This document shows positions 1 through 13,330 of a stretch of 64,000 nt of DNA, piece by piece. Made by a program: the position numbers and the translations under genes. The notes under the pieces were generated by a model. That model was not told the origin of the DNA. It searched no databases and worked only from the letters and a program-made list of their open reading frames with translations. Position 1 is the stretch's first letter, and the number at the start of each line of letters is the position of its first letter. The stretch spans positions 105,598-169,597 of the forward strand of contig NMRA01000631.1 of assembly GCA_002633005.1 (NCBI GenBank), read 5' to 3'. The DNA is from Phoronis australis (taxonomy: Eukaryota > Animalia > Phoronida).

Positions 1-60
1 TCTTGTTTTGAGCCCACTAGGTTATTTTAATAAATGTGGTTATTAAAATAACCACATTTA

Positions 61-1783
61 TTATGCGCCCACATATTTATATGTGGACGCATTATGCCGT
101 CATCTCCGTCCGTCCGTCCGTCTGGGCAGCGTCCGTCCGGCGTCCGCTGCTTTATCTCCAAAACCCTTTGACATACGTTCATGAAATTTGGCACATATGT
201 TCCATTCATGAATGGGACGGCATGAGCAAACTTTCGGCAGATTCGACTACCGGTGTGCTCCCTAATGGCAATTTTAGTTTTTTACGCTTACCTTTGTATC
301 TTCAAAAGTACTGAACGGATTTTCATGAAATTTGGTGTGTAGGCACCTATTAGTGAGATGACGGTATTTTCCCGTTTTCGAATGGATTAGACATAGTTTG
401 CGCCACCTAGTGGCCATTTTTACTGTTTTCGAGTCTGTTTTTTTGCGTCCACCCCTCTATCAACCAAACTGCTCAAAGGATGATTGTGAAAATTGGCATG
501 TATGTGCTTACTATGAAGAGGATAGTTGACGATGATTTTCCAACGATTTCAACTATTGTGGCGCCTTTTGTTTTTTGCGCCTATGGCTGTATCTCCTAAA
601 CCGTTCGCAAGATCTTTACGAAATTTAGTAAGTATATTTATATGATATTAACAACAGACGGCGACGACTTTTGGACAGATCCAAAAACAGGTGTGCCCCC
701 TAATGGCAATTTTATTTTTTTTACGTTTACCTTTGTATCTTCAAAAGTCCTTTATGGATTTTCATGAAATTTAATATGTCGCACATATTAGTGAGTTGAC
801 GCTATCCTCCGGATGGATTTGACGTACTTTGCGCCACCTAGTGGCCATTTTTACTGTTTTCGAGTCTGTTTTTTTGCGTCCACCCCTCTATCAACCAAAC
901 CGCTCAAAGGATGATCGTGAAAATTGGCAGGTATGTGCTTACTATGAAGAGGACGGTTGACGATGATTTTTCGACGATTTCGACTACTGTGGCACCTCCT
1001 AGTGGCAGTTTTGTTTTTGTTGCGCCTATGGCTGTATCTCCTAAACTGTTCGCAGGATCTTTACTTAATTTAGCTAGTGTATTTATATGATGTTGGCTAC
1101 GGATGACGACGACTTTCGGACAGATCTGACTACTGCTGTGCCCCCTAGTGGCAATTTTAGTTTTTTATGTTTAACTCAGTATCTTCAAAGGTCCTCAACA
1201 GATTTTCATAAAATTTTAAGTATAGGCATCTATTGGTGTGATGACGCTATCTTCCTGTTTTTGGATGGAATCGAGGTATTTTGCACCACCTAGTGGCCAT
1301 TTTTGCTGTTTTCAAATCTTGTTTTTGTGTCCACCCCTGTATCAACCAAATCATTTGAAAATTGGCATATATGTTCTCAGTGTGAAGACGACCTTTGATG
1401 ATGGTGACTGACTACTGTGGCGCCTCGTAGTGGTAGTTTTGTTTTGCGCCCATAGTTGTATCTCCTAAAGCCACTGCAGGATCTTTACTAAATTTAGTAA
1501 GTGTATTTATATGAAGATAACGAGAGACGACGACGACGATTTCAGGCGGATCCAACGGACAATGTGCCCACTAGTTGGCAATTTCATTTTATTCTGTTTT
1601 CCTTTGTTTCTCTGAAGTTCCTTGACAGATTTTTATGAAATATGGCATGTTCCTGTTTTTGGATGGATTGTATGTTTTTGCGCCATCTAGTGGCCATTTT
1701 TATGATACAAATAAATAACCCTAAAAGCACACCATTTGCAATGCATTTGTGGGTGCATTTGAATGCTCCACGTTGCTCTTGTT
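61..1783 (+). mobile_element. Non-autonomous Helentron-type element (HINE/DINE-1-like), copy 1, in a ZFYVE1 intron
   Basis: 5' inverted repeat atgcgcccacata..tatgtggacgcat (63-92); (GTCC)n microsatellite ~105-146; central ~145-bp tandem units; 3' subterminal tgtgggtgcat (~1748) inverse to the 5' motif; T-rich ends. Same family at 17531 and 63674. Confidence 0.7.
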
Positions 1784-2168
1784 GCTGTTGAAACTAATTT
1801 TTAAGTGTCACTTAGTTTTTAAACATAGTGGCTTGGATCTTCCTGCTAGTTACTTTCTAGTTTGATTCTATATGCCTGCGGGATTGAAAACTTAGTCTCA
1901 TAGTAGATTTTGTAGACATTATGCAGAAGACATTTTATTGAGCGCTCTTAGGTTTTTGTCTCTGTTTTATCCACAAGCTAGAGCTTGTCTCTTTTGTTTT
2001 AGAATGTACTTTCATAACTTCGCATGCTAGAGAGATACCTTAATACGGGCATTCACTCCACTTGGCATGACTTACAGGGTGAATGCAAAGTAGTTTGGTA
2101 TTGAAAAGCATCCCATCAAGTCACATGACTGTGCACATTAGATCCGTTGTGTCTACAAGTCTCTTACC

Positions 2169-2261
2169 TAGAACAGTGAATGAAAGCTGAGGTGCCTTCT
2201 GTACACTCAAGTCTTACATAGAACAGTGAATGAAAGCTGAGGTACCTTCTGTACACTCAAG
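2169..2261. repeat. Tandem duplication, 50-bp period
   Basis: tagaacagtgaatgaaagctgaggt(g/a)ccttctgtacactcaag occurs twice, 50 bp apart. Confidence 0.85.
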
Positions 2262-2611
2262 AATCTCATGACAACACAAGATCATGAAAGACTGTAAGAT
2301 CATGTGAACAGAATGCACGCACTAGCAAAATGGCCTCCACTGAAGTCATTAGTAAGTGCAGTTGGAATTGGGAATTATAGGATAGTACTAACTTTAAGTG
2401 CATCATGGGTGACTTATGTTTATGGAATGTACCCAAGTTGTTTTTATTTTGTACGCAGAGAATAATAGAAGGCAAGCTGCATTCATAAAGAGAACAAATA
2501 AATTTTTCAAGTTCATGGTAACACTTAAAGCAAGTTTTCAGAGGCAAACCAACAACACTGCACATTTTGATATTACACGAAACAAATAGCCTATTTTCTT
2601 ATGCATTTTAG

Positions 2612-5600
2612 AAGTGCCACAAAAATGGCAAAAGGAGTGTTGTCGTTCCCAAGGCCGCAGCGTCCACAGACAGTCAGTGGTTTGCAGTTGTCACTTACGC
2701 AGTGTCTGGGTGAGTCAACCTTGCATATCGGACTCTTTCAAATTTACTTTATCATGAGATGTTTAAAGCGTGTTTTTATAACTCATTGAATAGTCAATTT
2801 TCCCTGAATTTGACTCATTCTCTGTCAAGTTTGATGATTGAGGTTCCTTCTTGCACACTCTTGTGGTCTCTTGCACAACTTATACATTTTACGCAATATT
2901 CACGGCATGTAATTGTGATGAAAGCTTAGCAAAAATGCAGTTCTCCTGAATTGCATTCCATAAGTGACTACACATCTCAAATTACATCCCATAACTTTCC
3001 ACACATGAGTTGAGAAAAAATACTCATCTCTTTAATTACCTCCCATGAGTTACTACATATCAGTTGAGAGAAAGTACTTGTCTCTTAAATTACTCCCGTA
3101 AGTTACGAATCATCTGCTTGTAAATTTCATCACATAAGTTATTCAACATTAACTGGTATTTAAGTGTAACAATATAAGCCCATTAAAGGACTGATGTTTC
3201 TTTGGGGCTGTCCATGTTAAATTTGCATATAAGAGGGAAGAGATTTAAAACATATGAGAGAATTTTAAGAAACAACAGTGACTGGTTGCCTGGTGACAGT
3301 TTCAGTTGTTTTCTCCTGGTGGTATGTTGAAGTTGTTCTATTTCACAGTGGAGACATGATGAAGTAGGTATATAGAGGTGGAGCCTACAGTGTGATGTCC
3401 ATGTTGTCAGTTTGAGGATAGTTGGATTTGTCAGTTTGGTGCAACCAGCTGCCGTTCCATTGTGGAAGTCTCATTAAATGCTTTAAGTCACCTAGTACCA
3501 GCAGCCTAGTAAATCCATTTAGTAGTCGCAGAACAAGTGCACTATTGACAAGCCATGATTTCCAACTTATTGAATTCTTTCTTAGCAAAAATGATTTGTC
3601 AGTTCTTTAGTTCAGAAATCATTTTTGAGCAAGGTGCAAGATTCAACTTAAAAGACCTCATTTGTAGAAGTGACGGATCTCATTCCAAAGCTGGTGGAGG
3701 CTGGTGCATTGGGATTTTAATGGTAAGGTTGGCTAGCAACTTATGATAGAGCAGTGTTTGAGATAACCTCTTTCTGTTTGCAGCTATGTCCTGGAGTGTC
3801 CACGTTGTGGGGTCATCTACAGAAGTAGACAGCACTGGTACGGTAACAAGGACCCAGAGGAAGGCATTGTAATACCAGAGATACAACATGTTTGGCCAGG
3901 GGTATGTCACATACCGAGTCTTTCAATGGTCCAAGGGTTAAAATAGATTTTTGTAATTTAACAATTATGTGTGCCAGACTTGTCAATTTGTTATCTGGCA
4001 TTTGACAAATGTCCTTCACTGTTAATCCACTTTGGTTTGGAACTCTTTTTTACATGCAAGATTTTTACAAAATCTGCTTAAGAAACACAAAAATTGTAGT
4101 GATAGATTTGTGAATATGATATAACTAACTGCGTAACACAGTAGCTTGTAAAAATCTTCTTTATGGAATAGCACCATCACTAATCAGAAAATGCAGTGCT
4201 ATTTTTACATTTTCTCAATTTTATTGTTCATTGTGCTGATCTGATATTGTGTCTTTTGTCCTTAGAAAAATACTGTCCTCCAAGGGACTCATAATGCTGC
4301 ACGACGAGTGATTGACGGCTTCAACTATGTGTCTGAGGCCGTGTCTAGTGTCAGTGCCAAACCCACACGGGCACTGGGGAAGTTGATTGCCGACAAAATG
4401 GTCAATCCATCATACTGGGTGCCAAATGCTGAAATTCATGTATGTTTGATTGTGTAAATCATCAACTGATATACAGCATTGGCATAATTTTATCTCGCGC
4501 AAATTTTTTTTTTGTACGCCATTGATGTTCACATCTTTTTGTTCATCCTTTCTGCATCAGTTAATTGTCTGTCGTTACTTGAATGAGTTCTTCACAAATT
4601 GCTTGATAGTTTCTGATGAGATCTGAGACAGAATTGTGCAGGTTGAAGGGCTAATTCGAGACAGATTGCACTACTATAGCAGTCTCTGTTGTTTTTTATT
4701 TTCAACATTGTCTGGACTAGAAGACTAAAATGTGGTCTTGGTTTTGTGGGATTTTGACCGTTTTCGTCTGAATTAGATAAAGTTTCCATATTCAGATTTT
4801 GATGTCTGTGGTGTTTAAGTCTTAAAGCATTTCCACTGTAGTTGTCAGTAATCCATCCTCAGCTTTGCCATGTTCTACTTCTGCAGGAGTGCCATGCCTG
4901 TAAGACAACCTTCACACACGATGACACCATTCATCATTGTCGAGCCTGTGGAAAGGGAGTGTGTGACATTTGTTCCAGTCACAGGCGACCTGTACCAGAG
5001 AGGGGCTGGGGCACGGAGCCTGTTCGAGTTTGTGATGTGTGCTACAAAAGCAGCGAGATGATTGGTGAGTGACTTTGAATTGAGATTGTAGTCATTTTGC
5101 TCGATTTGGTTTAGATTTTTTTTTTCATCAGGTGGACTTCTTATTTAAAACTAGCAAGCTTGGTAGAAAGCGTTATGAGTACACCTGAGCAGTTCTAGTA
5201 GCTCTTGTTAAAATTAATGTCATTAAAAATTACAATACCTTATTTGAGTTGACAAATTTGGTGACTGGCAAGAAAACAATATCGTTAGTCTGTTGTCGTG
5301 CAGTTGTCATCAGATGTGCTACATTTGGACAAACTGGGAGGACCGCAAAGTTGCGGCAAACTGAAAAAGCAGTCTTAGCTTATTTCTACAGGTTTGAACC
5401 TGCTTCAATTCTGAACTGATTTGCTTAAATATACTTTTTGGCAGAAATTGTACCTTTAACATAATTAGGGTTTTGGTCAAGCTATTACAAAACATACCTG
5501 TCTACCCAGTGAAAGAAAAACCTTGTGGTTGCCTACCCATCAATCATTACTTATTGAAGACTTTTGATGGTTTCATGACACCAACATCGCTATACAATGC

Positions 5601-6642
5601 ATGATGTGCAATAATCTGAAACCTTCACTGAAATCCTGTATTTCAGTCTTTGCAATGGCACCTCAAGAGATACTAGCCATTGTGTATTGTGGTTCAAAAC
5701 ACTTGACTTATTTAATTAATGAACAATTTTTTGCTTTCAGAATCTACTGGCAGTGATACTAGTGAGAATCGCGTTTCCACTCGCCTGGTGACTGAAACCC
5801 TCACAAGTGCCTTGGGAAAAGTTGCTATGGCAATTGATTACCCTTTAGGTAAGGCAGTGCCATGTAACTTTTAACCATATGCTCATTAATTAGTAAAACA
5901 TCAAAGTACATGAAGCCATATGATCAAGGTTGCTAGTCATCCTTTAGTCAATTTCTTTATTAGCATTTCATTATGGTTTATTACATCAACAGTTCTGTTT
6001 ACAAGTGTTTTAAACAATGTCAAAGTGGGATCATTCACAAGTATGACCATTTTACAAGTGGACAAATGTTAGAAATATATCCCCACCCCCCACCCCCCAA
6101 AAAAATATGCTTTTATAGGCCAGTATATATACTGATGTTTGCCTTCACTCTGTTGTGGTAACATGGAACAAATATTTTCATATAATCCATGACATGCTTT
6201 TGTTTTGGAGGGGCACTTTGTAAGCACTGTATTTGTCTTTTCACATCGCCGATGTTAACAACATCAAAAGCGTACACTTGCGGCAAGCCTCCACCTATCT
6301 CTCCCTGATGAGCTTATTTTGAACACTTTAATGTGAAAATGGTAATAATTGTGAACTGTCCCTTACAAGTTGCTGTTCATGTTGTGACAAAGACATCCAA
6401 TGTTTTCAGAGGTTATCAAAGACTCAGCCAGACCTGCGTACTGGCTGCCAGATGATCAGATAACTCACTGTTGTTGCTGCAATGAGGAGTTTTGCCCTAA
6501 AATTCAGATACATCACTGTCGTGCATGTGGTCAGGGTGTCTGTGATAGCTGCTCACCGCATCGACGACCGGTGCCCTCTAGGGGCTGGGATTACGATGTG
6601 CGCATCTGTAAAAATTGCAATAAAATGAAAGGAAAGTTATAA
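2612..6642 (+). CDS. ZFYVE1: Zinc finger FYVE domain-containing protein 1 (DFCP1), 3' six coding exons; 5' part lies outside the window
   Basis: GT-AG exons in consistent phase: 2612-2709, 3784-3901, 4266-4439, 4887-5064, 5741-5848, 6410-6642 (stop). Translation [54 protein letters not shown] followed by two FYVE fingers (HHCRACGxGVC..RVCDVC / RICKNC), matching the ZFYVE1 C-terminus. Confidence 0.93.
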
Positions 6643-8070
6643 TTACTGGTACTGCTTGTATTTTCACTTGTAACTCATGAATGTATATAACAAGGAATGG
6701 TTTTCTGAATTGGCATACTCTAGGTGTGTTATTAGAAAATATGATTGAGTAATATAAATGTTGTTTTTGAACACTGGGACTATAGTCATCCAAACTCCTA
6801 GCTGTATTCCTCCTAACACTTGTTAGTGACTTACTCTGTGCCTTGGTCATATATCTCTTGATGCTCACCCAATCCCACTAACTGAGTTCTATCTCATGGC
6901 TTAGCCCGATCGGGCAATTTTTTCTTGGATCATTGATAACTTTCAGTGATTTTTGATGCTGACATCTGCTCAACACTCCCACCTGGCTAATCACGTGGCT
7001 TTTTGCCAATGTGTCAGTTTTTTGTCGCAAACTCATTGGACTGGCATCGAAAGCTTCATGTGACCGAGGCACTATTTATTGCGACCCATGCATTGCTTTT
7101 GCCTAGGCCACTTCACAAGTCAAAGTAACAAATTGGCTGTTAGTTTAGTAACATGTTGTTACGTAATTATATAAAAGCTTTTCCATGGGAACACTGTCAA
7201 GGGCTTAAAGGAGAAGGCTGCCATTTTTAGTTTCATTTTTGGTTAAATTAATTTTCAGGTGTTCCTAGATAAAGTTTCAACCAAATTTCCCCAGTTCTTA
7301 ATTAATTATGGATGTGTCATTCTGGAAGTGATGCTGGTGGCCCGATTCATTTCATGTCAGCTTTGTTTACATACACCTCAACCACTGACATAAAATGTTT
7401 CATTGCATAGGTCAGCTTTTAACAAGCTAGACCATTTTTGCCTTTCCTTGAGACTTATTTACTACTCCTGAAAGTTGATGCATACTGGTATGCAAGAATC
7501 ACAAGTTCTCAAGGAATTTAGGAGTTCCATTTCACTGATTTCCAGTGCATTCAAAATCTGATGGAGTTGGCTTCTTTGTGTCAGGAATGCAGCGTTGCCG
7601 GTTCACACCAACTATCACCATCAGATTATGAAAGGGACATGTATGTAGAGATCATACAGGTCATGCTTAACATGTTCTGAAGAAAGATGCCATACCGTTG
7701 GTATTTCCATTCTCTGCTCCATCGCCATCTGATAGGAGTGCTTTTTTGAAATGCGAAGTGTCGCGAGTTGCAGTCATTGTTAGTGATTCAAGGTCATGAA
7801 GTTGATGTCACCTGTGTGGGTGTGTATGAACACTCACTGCAACGTCTAAGGTCAGCAAACAGCACAGCTTCACCATCTACGTGATTCATATCTTTGTGGT
7901 CACGGATGCCAGCCATTTCCCATCCATTACAGACAAGACAATGGCTAAATCTCTATCAACTGAGTTCTTGTTCACTGTAGGATTGTCGGACAATATGCTT
8001 ATAATTACTGCAATTTTTTGGAGACTATACATTTAGTAAATGTCCACATTGCACAATGCTGACGGGAATG

Positions 8071-8212
8071 ATTTTGGCTGGGAAGGTCACTTCTGGAGTG
8101 CTGCATACAGATTCAACAAAAACACAGGCAATTTAAGTAATTTTGGCTGGGAAGGTCACTTCTGGAGTGCTGCGTACAGATTCAACAAAAACACAGGCAA
8201 TTTAAGTAATTT
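8071..8212. repeat. Tandem duplication, 69-bp period
   Basis: attttggctgggaaggtcac...ggcaatttaagta repeated twice with one mismatch. Confidence 0.9.
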
Positions 8213-8985
8213 AATGATTTATGTAGGACAACCAGAAAATTGCAATTTAACGAAAAATGACACTAAAATCGGCTACCCTCATCTTTCAGTTTGGTTTGAA
8301 TTATGTGTTGTCTTTCAGTTTATTTTGCTTCATACAATTTAAAAGATCAAGTATTTATTAAATAAGTCATGTTGAGGTATGATTTAAATTGTAACAATCG
8401 TATAATTAGGAGATATTTTCATAATAAGGTGATAAAACATCTATTTTCTTTTTGTAATATTATGTCCATTATTCTTGAGGACTTGGTAAGTCTCTTGTGA
8501 AATATTACAGCATGTTATTTGAAATGGCAAGACCAGGTCAGTCTTTTTCTGTTGCAAATGTCGTGGTCCTTTGATTTTCATTTCTACTGACCTTCCATTA
8601 TGTATTTTCTAAATGTTTGTTATGATGGATTTTAAAATTTTAATTGGAAATAGCATTTTTTGTGTCTGGACGATTTTTACTTAGCTTGTTATGAAACAAT
8701 GAAAGATAAGTTGGTAAAAGTAATACAAGGATAAAAAGTTGCTCTCCTACCTCGATTTACTCTGTTACAAAAATTCTTTAGATAGATGCATTTTTTATCC
8801 TCTGTGTTGTAAAAAAAGCTTATGATTAGAACCCTGAAATTCACAAATATTCGAAAGTGCAGGAAGTCTGTGATTTTCCATGGGATGAGACAGTGAGACA
8901 TAGCAACAAAAGCTTCTACTGTGCCATTTAGCTTCTTGTCTGTGATTTGGACAGCTAGAGGTCAAAAGAACCATCTGTACATCTG

Positions 8986-9130
8986 GGCCCAGTTGCATAA
9001 AAGTTATAGGCCCTATAGCAACAATGACGTCGCATTATCACAGGTTCTTATTGTTGAACAGTGCACCTGACGTCATGCAACAATCAAAATTATCCAGTGA
9101 ATAACTTTTGAAGCTTTATGCAACTCAGCC
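8986..9130. mobile_element. Short MITE, PIF/Harbinger-like
   Basis: Terminal inverted repeats ggcccagttgcataaaag / ctttatgcaactcagcc, flanked by CTG and CAG. Confidence 0.5.
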
Positions 9131-10206
9131 CAGGTGCTGTCGAAAATTTAGATATACATGTAGTGCCTGCACTTTGCTGTAAAAATAAGCATCTTGTATC
9201 GAAAATGGTATTTGTTTGTTCTTTCCTTTGTTTCCACACACTTGTATTCGCATTATGAAGAAACCAGACCACTGCTTGAGCAGTCTTTGGATAACTCTTA
9301 AAGTTTTTCAGATTATGTAGGTGTGCACGTTGGTGCATCTGTGTGGCAAACTCTTAGTTACAGTACATTGGTGTGTGTGCCTACACATAAAGCACCTGAG
9401 TAAACTGAGATGTGGAATGTGATGAGGGTTCACCTGTCCCTTACAAATCTGCAGGTGCTGACTTACTTTCAATAGTTAGGCTGATTAAGCGGGAATGGAC
9501 TCACAAAATCTTTGGACATGTAGACGGGATTGTAGTCTGGGCTTAGGACCTAGTGTTTGTGTGCGAAAACAGCGTGAAAAATAATTGACAAAACGTATAT
9601 TTTGGAAGTTAATGCTTGTTCGCGCATTTGGGAATAAGAGATCGGTGTTTCACATAAGGTCAACTCATTAATCACAAGAACATATACATTTCCTCGTACT
9701 TGCAAATATTTCTCTGTTTCCCTCAACCAAATGGTAGGGCCAAAGTAAGTGATGAGGGGGGGCACGTGCCCCTCCTGGAGTAATCTGTAGCCGTCGAGGT
9801 GAAAAGCGGCGACCGGCATTGGTGTAGGACTGGAGGTTGTCTAGAAAAGAAAATCGAAGCATGTTACAGAGAAAATTGAACAGGACATTTGTGAACTGCT
9901 GGTGCTTGTCCCTGGCTAAGACATTTTAATTGTAAAGAAGTACCAATTTTTGAAGGACAGATCGTCTAAACGCCTTTGAAAGCGTACTCTTAATTATACA
10001 TAATTGACTCCGATTTTTAGATTCAAGAACTTGAATATAAAACTACTTTTCCGAGGAGCCATCTTTCTTTTCCCGTTTTTCTTGAAATTGTATTTCATTT
10101 GATATAAATTGAGAACCAGATATAAATTGAGAACCAGATGAGGAGAGGCCCTGGTGGTGGCAACAGCTGCTGTAAGTTCTGTTTTTGAAATCATGATCTA
10201 TATTCA

Positions 10207-10375
10207 GGGACCCTGGCCTAGGAGGGGACCCGGACCTAGGAGGGGACTTGGGCCTAGGATGGGACCCGGACCTAGGAGGGTACCCTGGCCTAGGAGGGGA
10301 CCCGGGCTTAGGAGGGGACCTGGGTCTAGGAAGGGACCCGGACTTAGGAGGGTACCCTGACCTAGGACGGGACCC
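10207..10375. repeat. GC-rich 18-bp minisatellite, about 9 copies
   Basis: Unit consensus gggacccggacctaggag repeated head to tail. Confidence 0.9.
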
Positions 10376-10466
10376 GCGTGAATTAGATATCCTTTCCTAC
10401 TCACAGAGGGAGGCATCATCGATGGAGTTAACTGACGCTCTCCTTGTTTTGTGAAATCATACGTTT

Positions 10467-10574
10467 CAGGGGCGGATCCAGGATTTTGAGTTAGGGGGGA
10501 CCGAGGCAGAGTATTAGACAGGATTTTGCCAGTCAGACTTTTGCACCCCTTGGGCCCCCTCTAAATCCGCCACT
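10467..10574. mobile_element. Short MITE (related ends at 10696-10748, 40574-40737, 42609-42769)
   Basis: Imperfect TIRs caggggcggatcca / taaatccgccactg; similar termini recur elsewhere in the window. Confidence 0.45.
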
Positions 10575-11459
10575 GTATTTTATATAGGCTAAGAAAGGTC
10601 CCCTTTTGGAGGGTCACTTCATGAAGGATTTAACTGTCATTCTTTTCCAGTTCTTTAATCATATGACCTTTTGTAATAAGGAGCCCCCTTTCAGACAGGG
10701 CGGCTCAGGGTAATATGTACCTTTGACACCCTATAAATCCGGCGCTGTCAACTATTCACGAAGAGACGCATAAGTAGAAAAAGTTCCAAATGGTCATGGG
10801 ATCTGCAGCATCATCACCACACGCGGCTCAAACAACCAACAAAATGTAAGATTGTCTCAAAAACAACAATAGCACTGACCGCCATCTGAGGATTGAAGTT
10901 TGAATAACTTGAAAACAATTACTTGTGAATTACACCAAAATAGTATTCTCCATGGTTTTAGACGATAAAAACATCGATGCTTTTCCCGAAAGAAATTCAA
11001 GGACGATTTTTTAATGATCGCTGATCAAAAAGCATTGTATGAAGACGGAGTTGTTTATAGGATAGGCTTACTCGTCGCCTTATCGATCATTGGGAATTTT
11101 TGATGTCGTAGTACAGCTTTGCAGGTCTAGGTGCTCAAGGTACATACACTGGCAACCGCGAACATAAAATTCTGCCGTTTTTGGAGAGCAAGTTTACTTT
11201 ATCGGAATGAAACAGATTTCACATTGACACGAATAAATTCTTGGGAGAACCCCCCCCCCCCCGGCGTTGTGCACCATCTTTACTCTTCCGGTTGCCGCCA
11301 AGTATCTATACGCATGCCATCGGTAATATTCTAAATTTACATACAGTAAATCACTGACTTGAAAAAGGTCTACTACTAATTAACAACCTCCAGATTGGTC
11401 AAAAGGAGCGCTGTGTGAGTCGTTGTGTGTAGGTCGATCTAATAAGGGACCTTTCTTGT

Positions 11460-13330
11460 GAAATTTTGTTGAATCACGCGCAGGAACTCAGGTTTCTGGC
11501 AGTTGCCTACCCGCCTCAAATCGGTAAAATCCATGACAATGACAGGAAGGGTGCGAAATTAGTGGCGACCAAGAAGTGCGGAAGTTGTGGGAAAAGGGGG
11601 TTCTGGAACTTGGATCCGCGGGTCGGAGTTTGGCAAAAATTCTGAGAAGCTGAAAATTAGTTTGGGCCAAGTCAACTTATGTCCAGGCGATATATATTAA
11701 CGACGTCACCATGTGATACAGGATTTTTCAGTTACCAAATTAAGCTTTATTTTGAAAGCGAGCCGACCCCAAAAATGTTCAAGAGACCTGGAACGCGAAA
11801 AAACAAATTAAATTGCATTATTCAAAGATTTTCCCTGCCACGGAAATAGAATTCAACATCCCGTGACCAGCTTTTTTACTGTTTGTTCGTTAAGATTATG
11901 AATTTCTGTTGAACGCAAAGCATTTTTTTAGTTTCAAAAATATCAAAAACCCATCTGTTAACTGTTTGTCACTTCGTAGACTTTTCATAAGTGGGAGGAG
12001 AAGATTAGAAACTCGGTGACGACAACAGGTAGGGTTTTTCCTTCGCACGTATTTCAAAAATCTTGAATTTTCTGATTTTTTTCAGAAATTTCCTCACGGC
12101 GGAAAGTGAATAACTCTGTAGTAGACGTCGCGAGTTCGTCAGGAGTTGTTTAAAAGAATATTTTAACGAGATTCTGCATTGCATGCCTCTTTAATAAATA
12201 TTTAAATAATTTGTTAAATCGGCAGCATTGGCCCCGTTCCGTACTTAGTCATCATATATTATTGTAACAAAGGAGCGAAATCGAATTTTCCATATGACGA
12301 CGTTAGTGTATTTTTGCCCAAATCGATCGCAGTCCTCACTGAGTAAGCCTTTTGCAACCAATAATTGTAGTTTCCGATAAAATATTTCGAGATGAAACAC
12401 GTCCCATCTGGAAAATAAGCTGGTGGCCTGAGTCGGAAAAACGGCCGCCCATGACTCGGCGTCAGTCACGAGTCGGTCCCCGGCCGGCGATATCATCGGC
12501 TGCCAAAGTGGCTGGTTTTTCATGCGTGTCTCACAGGCCGCCTAGAGTGCAGGTAAAACGAACATTTCATGTTTGCGGTACTTTGGTGGGCCACTTTTCC
12601 AGTTGCAGGCCGGATTAGCTAGTCCACGCTTCACATAGTTGCCGATTGCACCGGCGGCCGGGCGCCGAGGCCGGTAATCAGTGACGCCAGCCGGAACTTG
12701 GCCGCTCCGGCCGGGCCCTACAGTGACTTGAGAATGATAAAATAAACTATACCCGAAGGAAACCACTTTTATACTGAGGATGCTCTGATTACATGTAAAC
12801 CTAGCGAAAATATGTCAAAATGAACGTAATGCGAGAGAGCTAAGGTTTGGCACGGTCATGTAGCGTTATTCAGTTTGTCAGGGTACGGTTAGTATACTTG
12901 CAAACATATTACTGTACATAATATACACTAGTTGTTTATACATAATTATTGTTATTTTGTCGGTTAATGGCACTTGTGCGAAGTGACTGTGGGGATAGCA
13001 TGATTAATAATTGGCAGTGAAAGGGAAACTGGGGCATGGATCAAAGGAAATCCTGGAAAAGACATTAGATAAGCTGATCAACAGGGAAATGTGCAGGAGA
13101 TACAACTTTTATGACTAATGTTCACAACTATGTGTGTTGAACTCCGGCCCGCCGGGGATTGCACCGGCGTCCCGCGTTATAATTAGGCCTATAGTCGGCA
13201 AACCGTGCGCATCGTTGAGAAACTTTTTTGATACCTAAATGTTTTCGGCGGCAGGTGTCGCTGTGTAAACGGGTAATGATGACGTAGTTCACACTAGTTG
13301 CGAGTTTTAAGCACAGGAGACTGGACAAGA
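11460..13330 (+). promoter_or_regulatory. CpG-rich region upstream of BCKDHA exon 1 (probable promoter, partly repeat-derived)
   Basis: Visibly higher CpG and GC density than the flanking gene bodies, ending at the proposed ATG 13331. Confidence 0.4.

Noticed and set aside
250-1700. Regularly spaced conserved motifs resembling a CRISPR array
   Set aside because: The sequences between motifs are homologous to each other rather than unique spacers; no cas genes; eukaryotic intron.
10154-10454. Gly/Pro-rich repetitive ORFs (GPGPRR, collagen-like appearance)
   Set aside because: By-product of an 18-bp minisatellite that is open in several frames on both strands; no splice or homology support.
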